This document shows positions 10,935-24,609 of a stretch of 64,000 nt of DNA, piece by piece. Origin of the DNA: Lepidodermella squamata (taxonomy: Eukaryota; Animalia; Gastrotricha); contig JBLDXI010000003.1 in NCBI GenBank assembly GCA_047495785.1, forward strand, positions 3,968,001 through 4,032,000. Reading direction: 5' to 3'. The notes beneath the pieces were generated by a model. The model saw nothing but the letters and a program-made list of their open reading frames with translations. It was not told the origin of the DNA and ran no database searches. Each line of letters begins with the position of its first letter. Within the stretch, counting starts at the first letter, position 1. A program made the position numbers and the translations under genes.

Positions 10935-13237
10935 ATGGCAGATGCCTCAACGAAAAGTTGGTCCAAGAAATTGCGTCGAAAACCAGCCGCTGGTGTCTCC
11001 CAGAACGGAGCAGCAGTGTCTTCTTCGCTGACTGTAGAAAATGGTGGCAATGAAAACGCTCCTCCATCTTCATCTCAAGGTTTGATATTATATGAAAAAA
11101 TGGGAAAGATAAATACATTGTCTCGATGCTTCGAATTATTTTCAGGTAGTAATGGATGGTCTTCTTCCAATAGAGGGAGAACTTCTTCAACTGCGTCCGC
11201 CCCAAGCACTCGCACTTTGGAATCGAACCCCAAGTCGTCTGTTGTTCAGTTTTTAATGAAGATTTTCTCGTGGAAAAAGCGTTCCACTTCTGTATCGGGA
11301 GGACTTGACGAAGCTGGTCATAATAATCGATTGGGCTCGACAGCTGGAGCTTTGCGTCAATCGAATGTGCCGGCACCGGAAGTTATAGTAACAGCTCCTC
11401 ATAACAGTACGTCGCCAAAACCAATCAATGGTGTTGATCATCAGACTAATCAACCTAACCCTACCCAGCCCGCGCCTATCCTCGCTCCTTCCGTTTCACA
11501 CTCTGAAAATGATTACGAAAATATTAACCGTTCGCTTTCAGAGTCCTCCTCTACTCCTCGCCACCATCCTCAGGAGGACACCTCCGTTACGAGTGTAGGA
11601 ACCACTTCAACATCTTCACTCACCAGACCTTTACAGGCTTCTCACGGTCCCACGGGCCCTATGGTTTTGACCAAGCCGTCGGAACCTATGACAACTATCA
11701 GTATTTCACGTCAACCTAAAGTAGGCTGGTCTACTGACGATGCCTCTGCTCATAACCAGGTTGATGCTAATGGATCTGTGCCAAAAGGAGATTCCTTGCT
11801 TCCTCAGCGTGATGGCGCAGGAACGCCGGTGCCTTCTAGCCCCGTTCCGCTTCGAACCGGCGTGTTTGAAGAAGTACCTGCTCATGAACCACGGTATGAT
11901 AGCCGACCGAAAAAACCGGCAATAAAAGGCGGCAGCCAAGAGTACCCTGTCGCAATTAATAGGCAGCAAGCTATGCGCCAAGTGACCAGGCCTCACATGG
12001 GCCAATCAGGTGATTTAACAGAAGTGTCGTCATGGTCGCCGAACATCTCAACAATAGGCATGCAAAATGGCGCTTCGCCTTCCAAGCAGCCTGCCTTGGG
12101 AACGACACCGCCTGCGTCGGGCATGACGGTATCAACTTCACTGACCTCGTTTACGCATCACAACGTAGAGAATCACGCAGCACCTTCGACGCCACCTGTT
12201 ACATCAGGCCGTACACCGATGGTGAAATTGATTCGATCACCGAGATTATTGGTCACGCCTTCCTCGACCGGTGAAAATTCCGAGAAGACCCCGCCAGCCT
12301 TGGCTACTACTTCTAATAATAATAATAGCGTTGTTATTGCTCCTGTTGTGCAAGCTGAACCTGCGCCGGGTCAAACTCCGACCAAAGTCGGGGCTGGACA
12401 GGACGATGATTCTGATGAGGATGATCAAACTGTCAATAATAGATGGGCGAATAAAGTGTGTCGTAATGACAGTGTCGCTCGGTTGTTAGCGAATGATAAC
12501 GGGACCAATCCTACCGCAGCTGCGGGTTCGCAGCAAAGAGTTAGACCCTTCGTGAAAGTGAGGCAGCCAGCGCCGATTGCTGAACAGGCAAGCGGCGAAA
12601 CTGGAGAGCCGAGACACAAGTTTGGCTCGAACTTGGAGCGCAAAATCAGTCTACGTCCGACTGCGGCTGAGCTGGAACAGCGCAATATTTTGCACACCCA
12701 GTCGGCGGAGGCTAGGCGCGCTGAAATGGAAGAGCGCAAACGTGTCCTGATCCGTAAATTGAGGTAATTTTTCAATGATTTAAAGCATCAATATTTCCGA
12801 ATTAGATGGAACTTTTTTTGTAAAAAAAAACTCTAACACTAAACAATAATAGTTCTATTGATAATCACACAATTAGTGGTAGCGTGGTAAGATATTTTGT
12901 TCCGTAGTATTGAGAGTGCTTGTTAGGGTGGATTGTTTACTTCGTTGTCCAATTATTTTGAAAGCTTTTTGCGTCTTTGAACCTCATTTAATTATGTTTT
13001 TATCACAGCTTTCGGCCAACCATAGACGATTTGGTGAACCGGAGAATTATCAAGTATTCAGACCTTGTCGAGGTAACACTCGCTCCAGAGTATGACCGGA
13101 CGCCAGAGCACCGCCCCTGGGCGAATTTGACGTCAGACGACAAGGCGCGCATCAGACAAGAGCTGAACGAATTTAAGGCTACTGAAATGGAGGTTCACCA
13201 GGATAGCCGACATCTTGTACGCTTTCATCGACCCTAG
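10935..13237 (+). CDS. PHACTR: Phosphatase and actin regulator (RPEL-repeat PP1 cofactor)
   Basis: KIFSWKKR N-terminal motif; RPELs [20 protein letters not shown] and [20 protein letters not shown]; C-terminus YDR...PW..LT..DKA.IR.ELNEFK.TEMEVH..SRHL.RFHRP. Introns 11080-11145 and ~12764-13008. Confidence 0.93.
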
Positions 13238-14803
13238 ACTGCTACCTGCCTATCTTCAATTTTATATATTATTATAAACACACAAACTTCCTTGAATTGC
13301 CTACGATCCTGATATTTTTTTCTATATAATAATATTGTCCAAACTACAATTGAAGCCAAACCTTCTACCTACTAGCTAATTCACTGTTCATTTTTTTTAT
13401 TCTAAAAACCTACACTACATTTGCTCGCAATGGTTTATATTTAAAACGGCCTTTATTCAGTTGTTAACAACAAGTACTCGGACCATCATTATTTCGACTT
13501 GCATGCGGTAATATTTTAAAAAGGTGCGCAATGTTTTCTGCTGTCTGTTTATCGCCCGGTCCCACGTGGTGGTAGTTCATCAAAAAACGAACTGCCTTCA
13601 TGATAGCTCTTGTACTTGTGGCATCAATCTGCTTGTGAAAAAAAACCGAAATCAGCCTTCAATATATATACGTCGAGAACATGTGAATAAAATGGGGTAC
13701 TTACTTCTTAAAATCGAAAGCTTTCTCTCCGATTAAAATATCGATAGTTAAATTTATTGACAAGCCTTTTATTTTTATTCCGGTTGCAGTATCGCTATTA
13801 TTACCTTGAAACCGGTCACGTGCCCTTTTCGATCACCAAAATTAATCTAATATTACTTTCGTGAATATCGCCAAAAAAAGGATTATTGCTGCTGCACGGC
13901 ACAATCATGTCTATATTATATCATCCGTATAATGTGCATTTCTTTGGTGTCTGGAAGAAGAGCATTTATTAAATGAGTTGTAACCTTTGATAACTACTTA
14001 TATTAAATAATGATTATTATTATTAAAGCTGAAATTATTATTAATCATTATTAATATCACCCTAGCCCGTGAAACAAGAAAAATTTACTGTTGTTATGAA
14101 CATCAAATGAATTGAAACACGAAGTCTTCCTTCGGCTCTTTGTTTTAAGGTGGGCATGAACTGCTTCACGCAATTTTTCACTTGTTCTGCGCCGCGTGCC
14201 CGTTTTAGTTTTCATTCAACGATGGACGAAAGAAAAATAATAAATTGCCAAAGTTGTTTTATCGACCTCGTCGTTCGATGTTTTTTTCATTTCAATCCGG
14301 GGGCGGGTATTTTTCCTCTGTAAACGCAATGACAAGAGGCAAATCCCCAGAAACCGCCCTTGAAAAATCGATACTGGTGTAAAGAGCTGCCGCTGCTGCT
14401 GCCGTTTGTCCAGAAAGCAATTTAACGCAAAACAATTCAATTTTGCAAGAGAATTCCGGAGCCAGCTGTAGTGATTTTATTCATCGTTAATATTATCAGC
14501 CATTTCATACGTACTCAACGGTGCACACGTGATAAGCACAATAACATTTTGCTTAATTTTGATTTAACGTTTTCCACCGAAAACAAGAAAAAAACGCCAC
14601 CGAGTGGAAAGCGCGTTCCCGGAATAATAATTGTCATAAAGCTGAGAATGCATCACCTGGGCCTAGAGAAAATTATATCTTTAACGTCATCAGAATCTGA
14701 CACCTCGCACCCTGTTTCGACAAAATAAATATACTACGAGCCATCCGTAACCACAGTGCAACAAGTTTTTCTACGTTCATCTCAAAAATGTCTCAGCATT
14801 GTT

Positions 14804-17800
14804 TTATTTCGAGCAGCCGTTTGCGCCCAGGTCGATGAGCCCGTCGACCTTCTTGGCGGCCTCGCGCGCGCACTTGATCACATCTTCCAGTTTGCTTGCC
14901 GACGAAGCAGAACCGTTGGCCTGAGCGGTGACGGGGCGACCTGAAAATGACGTCAGTTATATGATAGCATGAGACTAGCGGCGACCGAGTAACTCACCTC
15001 CACTGCGCGCGTTTTCCAGAGCGGCCGATGCAGCCTTGACCCACTCTGCGGCTGAGAAGGTGCCTGATAGCGCCTGTGGCACGGCTGAGACGATGAATAC
15101 CTTGGAAGGGAATACACCGGTCTCGCTATCAGTCGCAACTAGGAAAACAGCCAAGTTTGGCAATGCAGCCGTGATTTCCTGCAATATATAAAAACATAGT
15201 ATGCAATTATAGAAGTGACTATATTGGGTCGATTGGGTGCTACGCGGAATTTTCCTTAGCTCTCGCCATTTTCGAATCAAAAAATTAAGAAGGTAATAAA
15301 TCGCTCATTCAGACATTGAGACCTGGGGATTTTCCATCGGATAAAGGTTTTAGATTTTAGATACCTAATGTAACATTGTAGATATTGGCAACTGTAATAA
15401 GAAAGGGACATTTAAAGACGATTTTTTGTTTTTTTCTCCAAGTATACTTATATTTAGCGAGAAATAGCGGAAGTTTGCAAAAGTACAGCTCGAAAAAGTG
15501 AGCACTTGGCATAAAATCAATATCGGAACGCTTGTGTGCGAGAATTCTTTTAACAACTTAGCAATAAAATATACTAATACCATGTCTTTCTTCATTCCGT
15601 GGACAATAGACCTTTAATTCTTCAAGCCATCTGTGAATACTCTAGCCCCAACACAAAACGAAAGGGGTCGAAAAAATACGTTAATAAACTAGTCTCATCT
15701 TGACTTTGATAATATCGAAGTATGCTGAATGACCGAAATGGATGGTGAAAGGATGGTTTACTAATTAGGTGTTTGAATCAGTAAGAAAAATATGGCCAAG
15801 TTCCCTGACCACGGAAGGACGATCAGCGGAAATTTCTTTCCTTCAAGAATGAGTTGAAACAAAATTTAATTGCAGAATTCAATTACTTCTACCTATCAGC
15901 ATATTACCATCAAAGAAATAAAAATACCTTGAGCAGACCATCCAAAGATTTGCTGTCCAGGCCACCAGTCGAGAGTGTCTTGACTGAATGCACGTAAAAC
16001 GCCTTCGCATCCTTGTGTCCGCTAGCCTTGCTGATGAAGTCACGAACTTCGGCCTGGGCACTTGCAACAGCCTGGTGCCGACGTTCCTTATCAGCAGCGT
16101 CAAGTTTCTGACGAACCGCCTGCATCCGCTCGCGGGTCTCATCACGTGACCAGGCCGGGATCAATGGTGTTTTCGCGGTCTGTTCAACAATTTCAGCAGC
16201 CTTTTTGTTCAACAACTGCTGGGTTCGAACATCCTTGGCATCAAGAGCAGCTTTGGCTTGATTTTCAATATCTTTCAAGGTCGCTTCCACCGAGTGCCAA
16301 TTGGCACGAGCGGCTTCGGCATCAGCACCGGTTACGGCCATGATGCGCCGAACACCACGCTGGATAGCCTCCTCGGTCACAATCGCAAATTCACCGATGT
16401 GCCCAGATTTCAGGAGGTGGGTACCACCGCAGAATTCAACGGAATGATTGGCGGCCTGGGGGCTAGCCGGGTCATTGAGCAGGACTGGAATGTCAACGCC
16501 GATTGAAATGACTCGAACGGGGTCGGGGTAGGTTTCATCGAAAACAGCGCGAAGACCCTGAATAGCCTTGCCCTTGGTCAGTGCGACCTCCTGCGCGTAA
16601 ACTGAATGGTTGGACGATACGCTTTTACGCACGTTTTCCTCGACTTCGTACAGCTCCTTCTTCGACATGGCGTTTTTGCATGAAAAGTCGAAGCGGAGAC
16701 GGTCAGGGGCGACCAATGAGCCCTTCTGCTCGGGCGACTCGCCACCGTTGTTTTCAGTCAACACGCTTCGAAGACCGAAATTCAACAGATGAGTGGCGGT
16801 GTGGTTGGACATGATCAGCCTACGACGACCAACGTCGACCAACACGCGAACTTTGTCGCCAACAGCGATTTTTCCGGAAATCACACCACCGACGTGGGCA
16901 ATGAAGCCAGCGCGCGATTGGACCTGTTTTACTTCAAACTCGAGCTCGCCACCGGCTGATGAAACGATGAGACCAGTGTCGGCAATTTGGCCACCCGCCT
17001 CGGCGTACATGCTAGTGCGGTCGAGAACAATGGAGCAAATACCACCGGTTTCAACACCGTCGACTAGCCCGCGGGTTGTGCCGCCCTGGTATAACGCCAA
17101 GACCGTTGCCTCGCAATCTTTCAGCTCGTAATTGCCATTTTCGTCAGCAGTGTATTCATACTTGTGCCTGTAATTGAAACAAGCATTATAAATGCAGGTT
17201 AAGTATTTCATTTCGGAAATGAAGAGGATGAGCCATAGGTTGGCTTATGGCGCATCAAATTTACAAATTACAGCGAAAAAAGGTGTAAATAGGATGAATT
17301 TGTATAACTAGGATAGCAAATCGGGTACCACAGGACACTGCGAAAACTGAAAACCATCCGTCATCCGTAGAAATATGCGGCTAACCACTTTCATTCCAGT
17401 TTTCTGTACGAAGTTTTCTGCATAAAAGTACGAATTATACCTATGCACTTATTTGATCATCAATTCATAATAAATTCTCAGAAGCCTACTTCCTTTATGT
17501 TCAATCTGATTTATTAACGTAATGCGATAATTGCAAGCTAGATTCAGAATTTTGCTTTATCAGCTTTATCGTCCCGGTTCAAGCAATATAAAACATGAAT
17601 AGCGAAATGAAGTATAGAAATATATTTCCCTGTATTTTGAACAAATTGATCGTCAAGAGACCTGATTCAACATCCAGCAAGCCCTTTACTAAATGTTTTC
17701 GTGTTTAAGATAATTACCGATAAAACTTACGAATCATTAGTGTGAGCAGTTTTGCGAGCTTGCAACTCGGTGACGGTGTTAACGTCAATCAAAGCATCGG

Positions 17801-19283
17801 CTAAGGCAGCAGCTTCCTCAGCTCCAACTCCAAAAGCGCCGGTGTTGTTGGCAGCGGATGCCTCTTGCGCCTTCCGCTTAGCCTCCTCGTAGGCAGGCAT
17901 GTCGACCGAGCAGCCGCGTTCGGCAGCGATAAGAGACGACAGATCAGGGGGGAAGCCGTATGTATCATACATGCGCCACATGATTGCACCGCTGAGGAGG
18001 GGCTTGCCAGAGTCCAGCACTTTGTTAATTTCACGCTCCAGCAGACGACGTCCGCGAGCTAAAGTGCGCAAAAACAGCGTTTCTTCGGCATTGATGATAG
18101 ATTTAGTCGCAGCGGGGTTGCGTTTCAGCTCGGGGAAAGCGTCACCCAAGGTTTCGACGACTACATCCACCAAAGAGGCGAGGCGAGTTGGTTGGAAGTG
18201 CAGGATTTCGGTAGAATAACGAACAGCGCGGCGCAGAATACGGCGAAGAACGTAGCCGCGACCAGTGTTGGATGGATGGCCGCCATCAGCAATAGCGACT
18301 GATAGTGTGCGGATGTGATCAGCGATAACACGGTAAGCCATGTCAATGTAGCCAGTGTCTTCTTTCGGGCCCACTTTACCGGTATAAGGATGGACGCCGG
18401 CTGCAACAGCCTCAGCTTCGATAGCATTCAGCAGCGGGCGGAAAACGTCAGTATCATAATTGGAGCGCTTGTTTTGAAGGACCTGTTTTGAAAATGTAAT
18501 TAAAATGCAAAAATAAAAACAGCGAAAACTAACTGAGACGAGGCGTTCAAAGCCCATACCGCAGTCGATATGCTTTTTGGCGAGTGGAGTCAAGGAAGTA
18601 TCAGCCTCGCGGTTGAATTGAATAAACACAAGATTCCAGATCTCAAGAACGTCAGGGTCATCTTGGTTAACCATAGCGCTGGCATCGCGACCGCCGATGC
18701 GATCAAAATGGATTTCAGAACAAGGCCCACAAGGTCCAGTCTCTCCCATCTCCCAGAAATTTTCTTTCATGCTGAAAGGCAGGACACGGTTTTCGGCCAA
18801 GCCCAGTTTCAGCCAAATGTCGCGGCACTCAAGATCAGGTTCAAGACCAGTCTTAGCGTCGCCGCCGAAATACGTGACATAAAGTCGATCACGATCCAGA
18901 CCACAGACTTGGGTCAAATATTCCCAAGCCCAAGCGCATACTTCCTTCTTGAAGTAATCGCCAAACGACCAGTTACCCAACATTTCGAAGAAAGTGTGGT
19001 GGTATACGTCTTTGCCCACGTCGTCCAAGTCGTTGTGCTTTCCTCCGGCACGAATGCATTTTTGAGTGTTGGCAACGCGAACCCACTTGGACATCTCCGA
19101 GTTGGGATCAGCTTTACCAAGAAAGAGTGGCTTGAACTGATTCATGCCAGCATTAGCAAACAGCAAAGTTGGGTCGTCATGGGGAATAACAGGTGATGAA
19201 TGCACATAAATGTGATCCTTGGTTTTGAAGAAGTCAATAAATGACTTCCGAACTTCGCTAGCGGTTGACAGCTTCTCAATCAT
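14804..19283 (-). CDS. AARS1: Alanyl-tRNA synthetase, cytoplasmic
   Basis: [70 protein letters not shown], editing domain NHTATHLL...EFCGGTH and a C-terminal GGR.VTAQ motif. About five coding exons. Confidence 0.97.
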
Positions 19284-20469
19284 GGCAATGAGACAATTTA
19301 AACGTTCTACTCTGCAATAATTTTAAAGGATAATTATATGTTTTCAAGAATATTAGTCCACCTTGAAAAGTTAAAGAATTAAGTATAAGTCCTCATTCTG
19401 GAATCCCCCATTCCCCATTTAAACATTCAACGCTAAGAACTTTCGGATTAGGTTAGCATTTTCATCCATTCAAAGAGTCAGCACTTTCAGCAGACAAAAC
19501 AACGCATATAAGAAGCATCGGAAGGGATGAATAAAAGACATAATTCATTGTGGTCAACCCGAATATATCCAGCAGCAGACAACAGAGCCGTTAATAAAAC
19601 CACGAAAAAAGAGATTGCCTCATATTTCGACATGAAACAACAAAATAGCCAACTATGAACAAAAGTACATCATGCCCTAAGTAAGATGATGTAAGGTGAT
19701 GAAGGGGAAAAGGGGGACAGTTCTACCTTTAAAAAACATAGCACGAGAGGCTGTCACCGAGTCACGTGGTGAGGCACAACCAAGGAAGTTGTGATTCGTC
19801 GAAGGTCAGCTGACATTTTCAAATTACTATGTAAATCTTTAAAATTATATTCGACAAAAAAATTTTAACTACTTGGAAAGATCTGTGAAAATAAAACTTT
19901 TGAAATTTTTCGCGAGGCGGTTCTTTTTTTTACGTTGCGCTGAAGGTCTCTCGTCATTTTTTGTTGCAAGATTTCCGCATAGATAGATCATCGATTCTGG
20001 GTCCCAGAAAGAGACAAATCTCGACAAAGCCCAGTGCACAGGAATCGTGACTTTTTTATTGAATCCGGGAGCTTTTTCCAGACTTAAAATACTGATGCTT
20101 ACTGCAGGAAAGTCCTCACTCTCTAACACAAACAACGCTTGTAAGAAAATTCCACTTCCATGATGTCCTCCTACAGAAGAAAGCGATGAACTTGAGAAGC
20201 AAGTTGTCATTTGTTATTTAATGATGGATTCTAGAATGGACATACGAAAGTACATATTACAATTAATTGATTTATGTGCTAGTTTATGCCATCAGGGTCT
20301 TGTAAAAATATCGTTACCGCTGCTTGCTGGATCTTAACTTCAATCTGAAACTGGGGCACATCATGTAGACCTTTCTCATTAACCATGCCCGTCGGCTGAT
20401 CAAGCCGAACTTGGCTAAATTTATTTATATATCTTGCATTAGTAGATTTATTATTACCGCCGACTTGAA

Positions 20470-21252
20470 ATGGCTAAGAAACCTTACGATCATTTGTTTA
20501 AATTACTGCTGATCGGAGACTCGGGCGTCGGGAAAACGTGCCTTATCTTCAGATTCTGCGATGATTCTTTTCAACAGTCATTCATCTCAACGATCGGTAT
20601 CGACTTCAAAATTAAAACAGTGGAAATTGAGGGAAAGAAAATCAAGTTGCAAATATGGTAAGATTATTTTTACTCGGTTGAAAGCTGTGTATTCACGAGT
20701 AAGTTTATAGGGATACCGCTGGTCAAGAACGTTTTCACACCATCACTGTATCATATTATCGAAACGCTCAAGCAATCTTTCTCGTTTACGATATAACCCG
20801 GCGAGAGTCATTTGAAAACGTGACCAACTGGGTAAGACAAGTTCAACAGAATGCTAAGGAGGATGTGGAGCGGATGGTAATTTCAAATGCTGGAGCCATA
20901 ATACTTGAACAGCCTATTTCTTTTAGCTCGTTGGTAACAAAAGCGACATGGAAGACCAGCGCCAAGTTGCGAAAGAGCGAGGGAAGCAGTTGGCGATGGA
21001 GTTCGGCATGCCTTTCCTCGAAACCAGTGCAAAAGTGAGCTACTTGAACTAGAGTGTATCTAAATATCAATGATTTTTTGTCTACAGACCGGGGAAAATG
21101 TCGAAAAGGCATTTATCGATATGACGCTTGCTGTATTAAAACGCAACCCGAGCGCTGCTTCTGCGCGAGCTCAAACCAACGTAGTAGTCACCTCTTCGTC
21201 GGATAATTCGAGTGGCGCTGGACAGGGCGGAGCACTTTCTAAATGCTGTTGA
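20470..21252 (+). CDS. RAB10: Rab10-like small GTPase (Rab8/10 family)
   Basis: [37 protein letters not shown]|[23 protein letters not shown]-terminal CC; three introns. Confidence 0.85.
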
Positions 21253-23316
21253 TATTTGCTGAGAGCTGTTTTAGTACGACAGTTCGAGTTGAAATATTAT
21301 ATTGCGTCAAAGTCAAAGTCGTTAGTCTGTTCTCGTTCGACTTTCCTAGTTTTTTAATAACGCCCAAGGCTGCAAGCTTGATGTACTAATTTTCAATGGA
21401 TTAACACGTTCGCAGTCTTGTGGACCAATAAATGTCTTGCTCCACGGTGATAGCATTCCAATGGCCACTTTAAAGTGCGACATGAATGGATATTTTCGTA
21501 AAAAGCCTTCAGAACTTGATTGTCCTGTACGCGTTCTGTAGTTGCCCGAATGAAAATTAAGTAGCCGATTCGCTTTTCCTTGTCTCACCTAAATCATGGT
21601 GCACCGTTTCGAAAAATTCTGAATTGCAATATTTGGCGGAAAGCTGAAAATAAAAGATCTGTGTGTACAATTTTTGTCAGCTCTAAAATATTCTACTTGT
21701 GTTTGTGTGATTCAAATGTCCGCCATCCTGGAATTTAAATGGTGATTATTTCACAATTTGTAGTTTTACGACCTTTACCGTTATTATAATCATTTCTGTA
21801 ATGCAAAAAGTATCATTTTTGTAAATGACTTATATACATATATAATATGTTTATGGAGACTAACAGTACATTTGCTTTTTGCATCTTAAGTTGCGGCCTG
21901 AAATAATTTTTGTGATGGGTCAGCCGATGGAAGACTGGCGCAATCGAACAAGTCATAAAAGAGGGTTTATGAATACTGCCTTGTTTACAATCAAAATAAT
22001 CATTGAAGTTGGGTTATTCATTCTGCAAGACAGCAGGCGGCTGATGATAGTGTTTCGCATGACCACTCATTTGGAGAAAACGAGAAGAAATCGCAATTTG
22101 CGAAAAAGAATATAATTTGAGCTGAATTCAAACCGAAGGTTTATATTGAAGGTTCTCCCTCTAAACATCATTACGTTGCTCACCTGATGCCTGACATTAA
22201 CAGGTATTTGCATTGATTACAAATTCATTCGTGGTAAGTGCAGAAAAAATCGCGAGCGGCCGCAGATTGCTTGCACCTAACGAAAGAAAATGCACAGATA
22301 CGGAACAGTGGTTTGCTCGATATCATATTCGCTTCCTTTTCGACCATAAACTGACCACGTTATGAGACCGCAAGTTTTGTAAAATCAATCGATTGGCCAG
22401 CGTCTAATGCTTTTGGACAACATTATTCATCGTAATGGTTTATTCATTCTCGTTTTTTTCATCAGATGATTCATGTTGGCGCGATGAATAGTCATGCAAG
22501 CTTTATTATTATTTGATCAACGTGTGTGCGCTAGATTTTTACTTACAAACAACCTTTTTATATGAATGCACATTTTAAGAGTGTTATTTTAGAATTATTC
22601 TCAGTGAATCATCTTTTAAATGTCAATGATTGTGTCTCGGAACAGAGGAATTAAGGAGATAATACGTAGTGTAAATATTTTTAAATACGCATTTTACCAA
22701 GTCATGTACTTAAAACGGCGTTCCATTTCAAAAGATAAATTTCTGAAATATATAGCACTACAGGGGCAAATACTGTGTGCCTGGAAGTATTGCGAAATAG
22801 TTGACTGATGTTTCACACTGATACAACGTGGCTACGCTCGCATAGTTCCCCGCAATTTATACTAGTGAAACAAAGCGGAAAATATTAGTTATTATTTGAT
22901 ATTCAGTTGTAGTACTTATTACTCGCCTTATCTTCATTCTTATTCATGTCAGATTATACTTACAGGTACTGTGTTAACAATGTTATAACAACCCCCGAGG
23001 TTGTTCTATATGCTTTTTATCACCCTCTACGACACATTTTTATACGCTGTCCATTACCAGAGAGGCTTAGTCACTTGGAATGCACGCTAATTATTTTTTG
23101 CCGATGAAACGACTGCGTTGAGGGAAAGACCATTTTTTGCCTCTTGGATAAATATTATACGACGCATTATTCTTAAGCCAAAAATTCGAGAAAGCCAACT
23201 TTATTTCACTGCTGCCTAACAATCATGTGTAATTTCATTTAAAATACTGATGTATTTCTCGGAAATCATAGATTCTATATTCAACATTTATTTATCGAAT
23301 CATCCTTTCATGCAGA

Positions 23317-24036
23317 ATGTCTAAGACTACTTACTGCGACTATATTTTTAAGCTGTTGTTTGTGGGCGACTCATCTGTCGGCAAGAGCTGTCTCATCATC
23401 AAATACTGCGATAACGTTTTTCAAGAGTCTTTCATTTCAACAGTAGGTAAGTCATTGGCAGCCCAGAAAACTGGAAACTTTGCTGATATTAATAAGGTTC
23501 AATTTTTGTTTGAAGGTATTGATTTCAAGATTAAGACCATTGATGTCGCGGGAAAGCGAGTGAAACTTCAAATTTGGGATACAGCCGGTCAGGAGCGATT
23601 TCAGACCATCACATCTTCTTATTTCCGCTCAGCGAATGCCATTTTCTTGACTTACGACGTCACAAATCCGCAGAGTTTCCAACACGTTGCGAATTGGCTG
23701 CGGCAGATTCAAGCGAATGCGCCGGATGATGTCGTAAAAATGCTAGTCGGAAACAAATGTGATAAAACCGAACATCGTCAAATTCCAACGGAACGAGGCC
23801 GCCGGTTGGCTGCTGATTTTAACATGCTTTTCATTGAAACTAGCGCCAAGACAGGCGAAAACGTCGAGCGAGCTTTTCTCGATATTGCTTCGGTTTTGTT
23901 GCAACGCCAAGTTTCAAGTGGTGTCGATGCCAGTCAATCTTCCAGGTCTGCGGCCGGCAGCCAATCCACCGTTGCTATTCGCCGTCAAAATGACAGCAAA
24001 CGGAGCAGTCGGAAAGCTTCATCTAAGTGCTGCTAA
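23317..24036 (+). CDS. Rab8/10-family GTPase paralog
   Basis: [39 protein letters not shown]-terminal SKCC; one 69-nt intron at 23447-23515. Confidence 0.9.
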   Translation: MSKTTYCDYIFKLLFVGDSSVGKSCLIIKYCDNVFQESFISTVGKSLAAQKTGNFADINKVQFLFEGIDFKIKTIDVAGKRVKLQIWDTAGQERFQTITSSYFRSANAIFLTYDVTNPQSFQHVANWLRQIQANAPDDVVKMLVGNKCDKTEHRQIPTERGRRLAADFNMLFIETSAKTGENVERAFLDIASVLLQRQVSSGVDASQSSRSAAGSQSTVAIRRQNDSKRSSRKASSKCC

Positions 24037-24609
24037 TTTTGTCTCTCCCGTTTTCAAGCGGGACTTGATACCCTGTGTCTATTGAATGAATCGAAAAACA
24101 TGAAGTTTTATTTGACGAATCTAGTTGTAAACTTTTGCCGTCTCTGATCGAATTATTAACATACTTATATTTTTATATTTTGATGACTCAATAAGTAAAG
24201 GTGATTTTAGAATATTCCCTTGTTAATTTGAAGCAAACATACTCAGCTTTACCAGCCCGGTTGACGAATTATCTGCAAGAAGAAGCTATACTTTAAATCA
24301 GAATGAAGTAACATAGGCCTTATACGATTCGCGATACCCGAGTCGCAATAATCATGGGGCCTTCCTCGCTATGATGTACCATTTTATTTGCGACACAAGG
24401 TTGTCAGCAATTCAACAAAAATGGTGGTAATTTTCGAATGAAACAAAATAACTGATTAGGTAGCTCTGAGGTTATAACTCTAAAATACCGCAATCAAGCA
24501 AGATTAATAAATATCAGCAAATTCAACGATCGAGAGAAATGAGCAGTCTTGGTCCAGGCCTATCGCATTGGTTCCATTGACTTAGAACTTGAAGAAAAAA
24601 AAATAAGAA

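Noticed and set aside
18570-19196. 208-aa ORF antisense to AARS1, and similar antisense or alternate-frame ORFs over NFI, PHACTR and CDC14
   Set aside because: Shadow ORFs arising from codon bias; no recognisable motifs.
19730-19816. Upstream ATG as a possible mitochondrial-targeting exon for AARS1
   Set aside because: The frame closes with TGA after 20 codons and no in-phase join to the main exon was found.
8172-23515. Stop-free, frame-preserving introns (NFI 51 nt, PHACTR 66 nt, AARS1 51 nt, Rab 69 nt) read through by the ORF track
   Set aside because: They have canonical GT-AG ends and interrupt conserved domains. A few such cases are expected by chance among dozens of very short introns, so they are not protein insertions.
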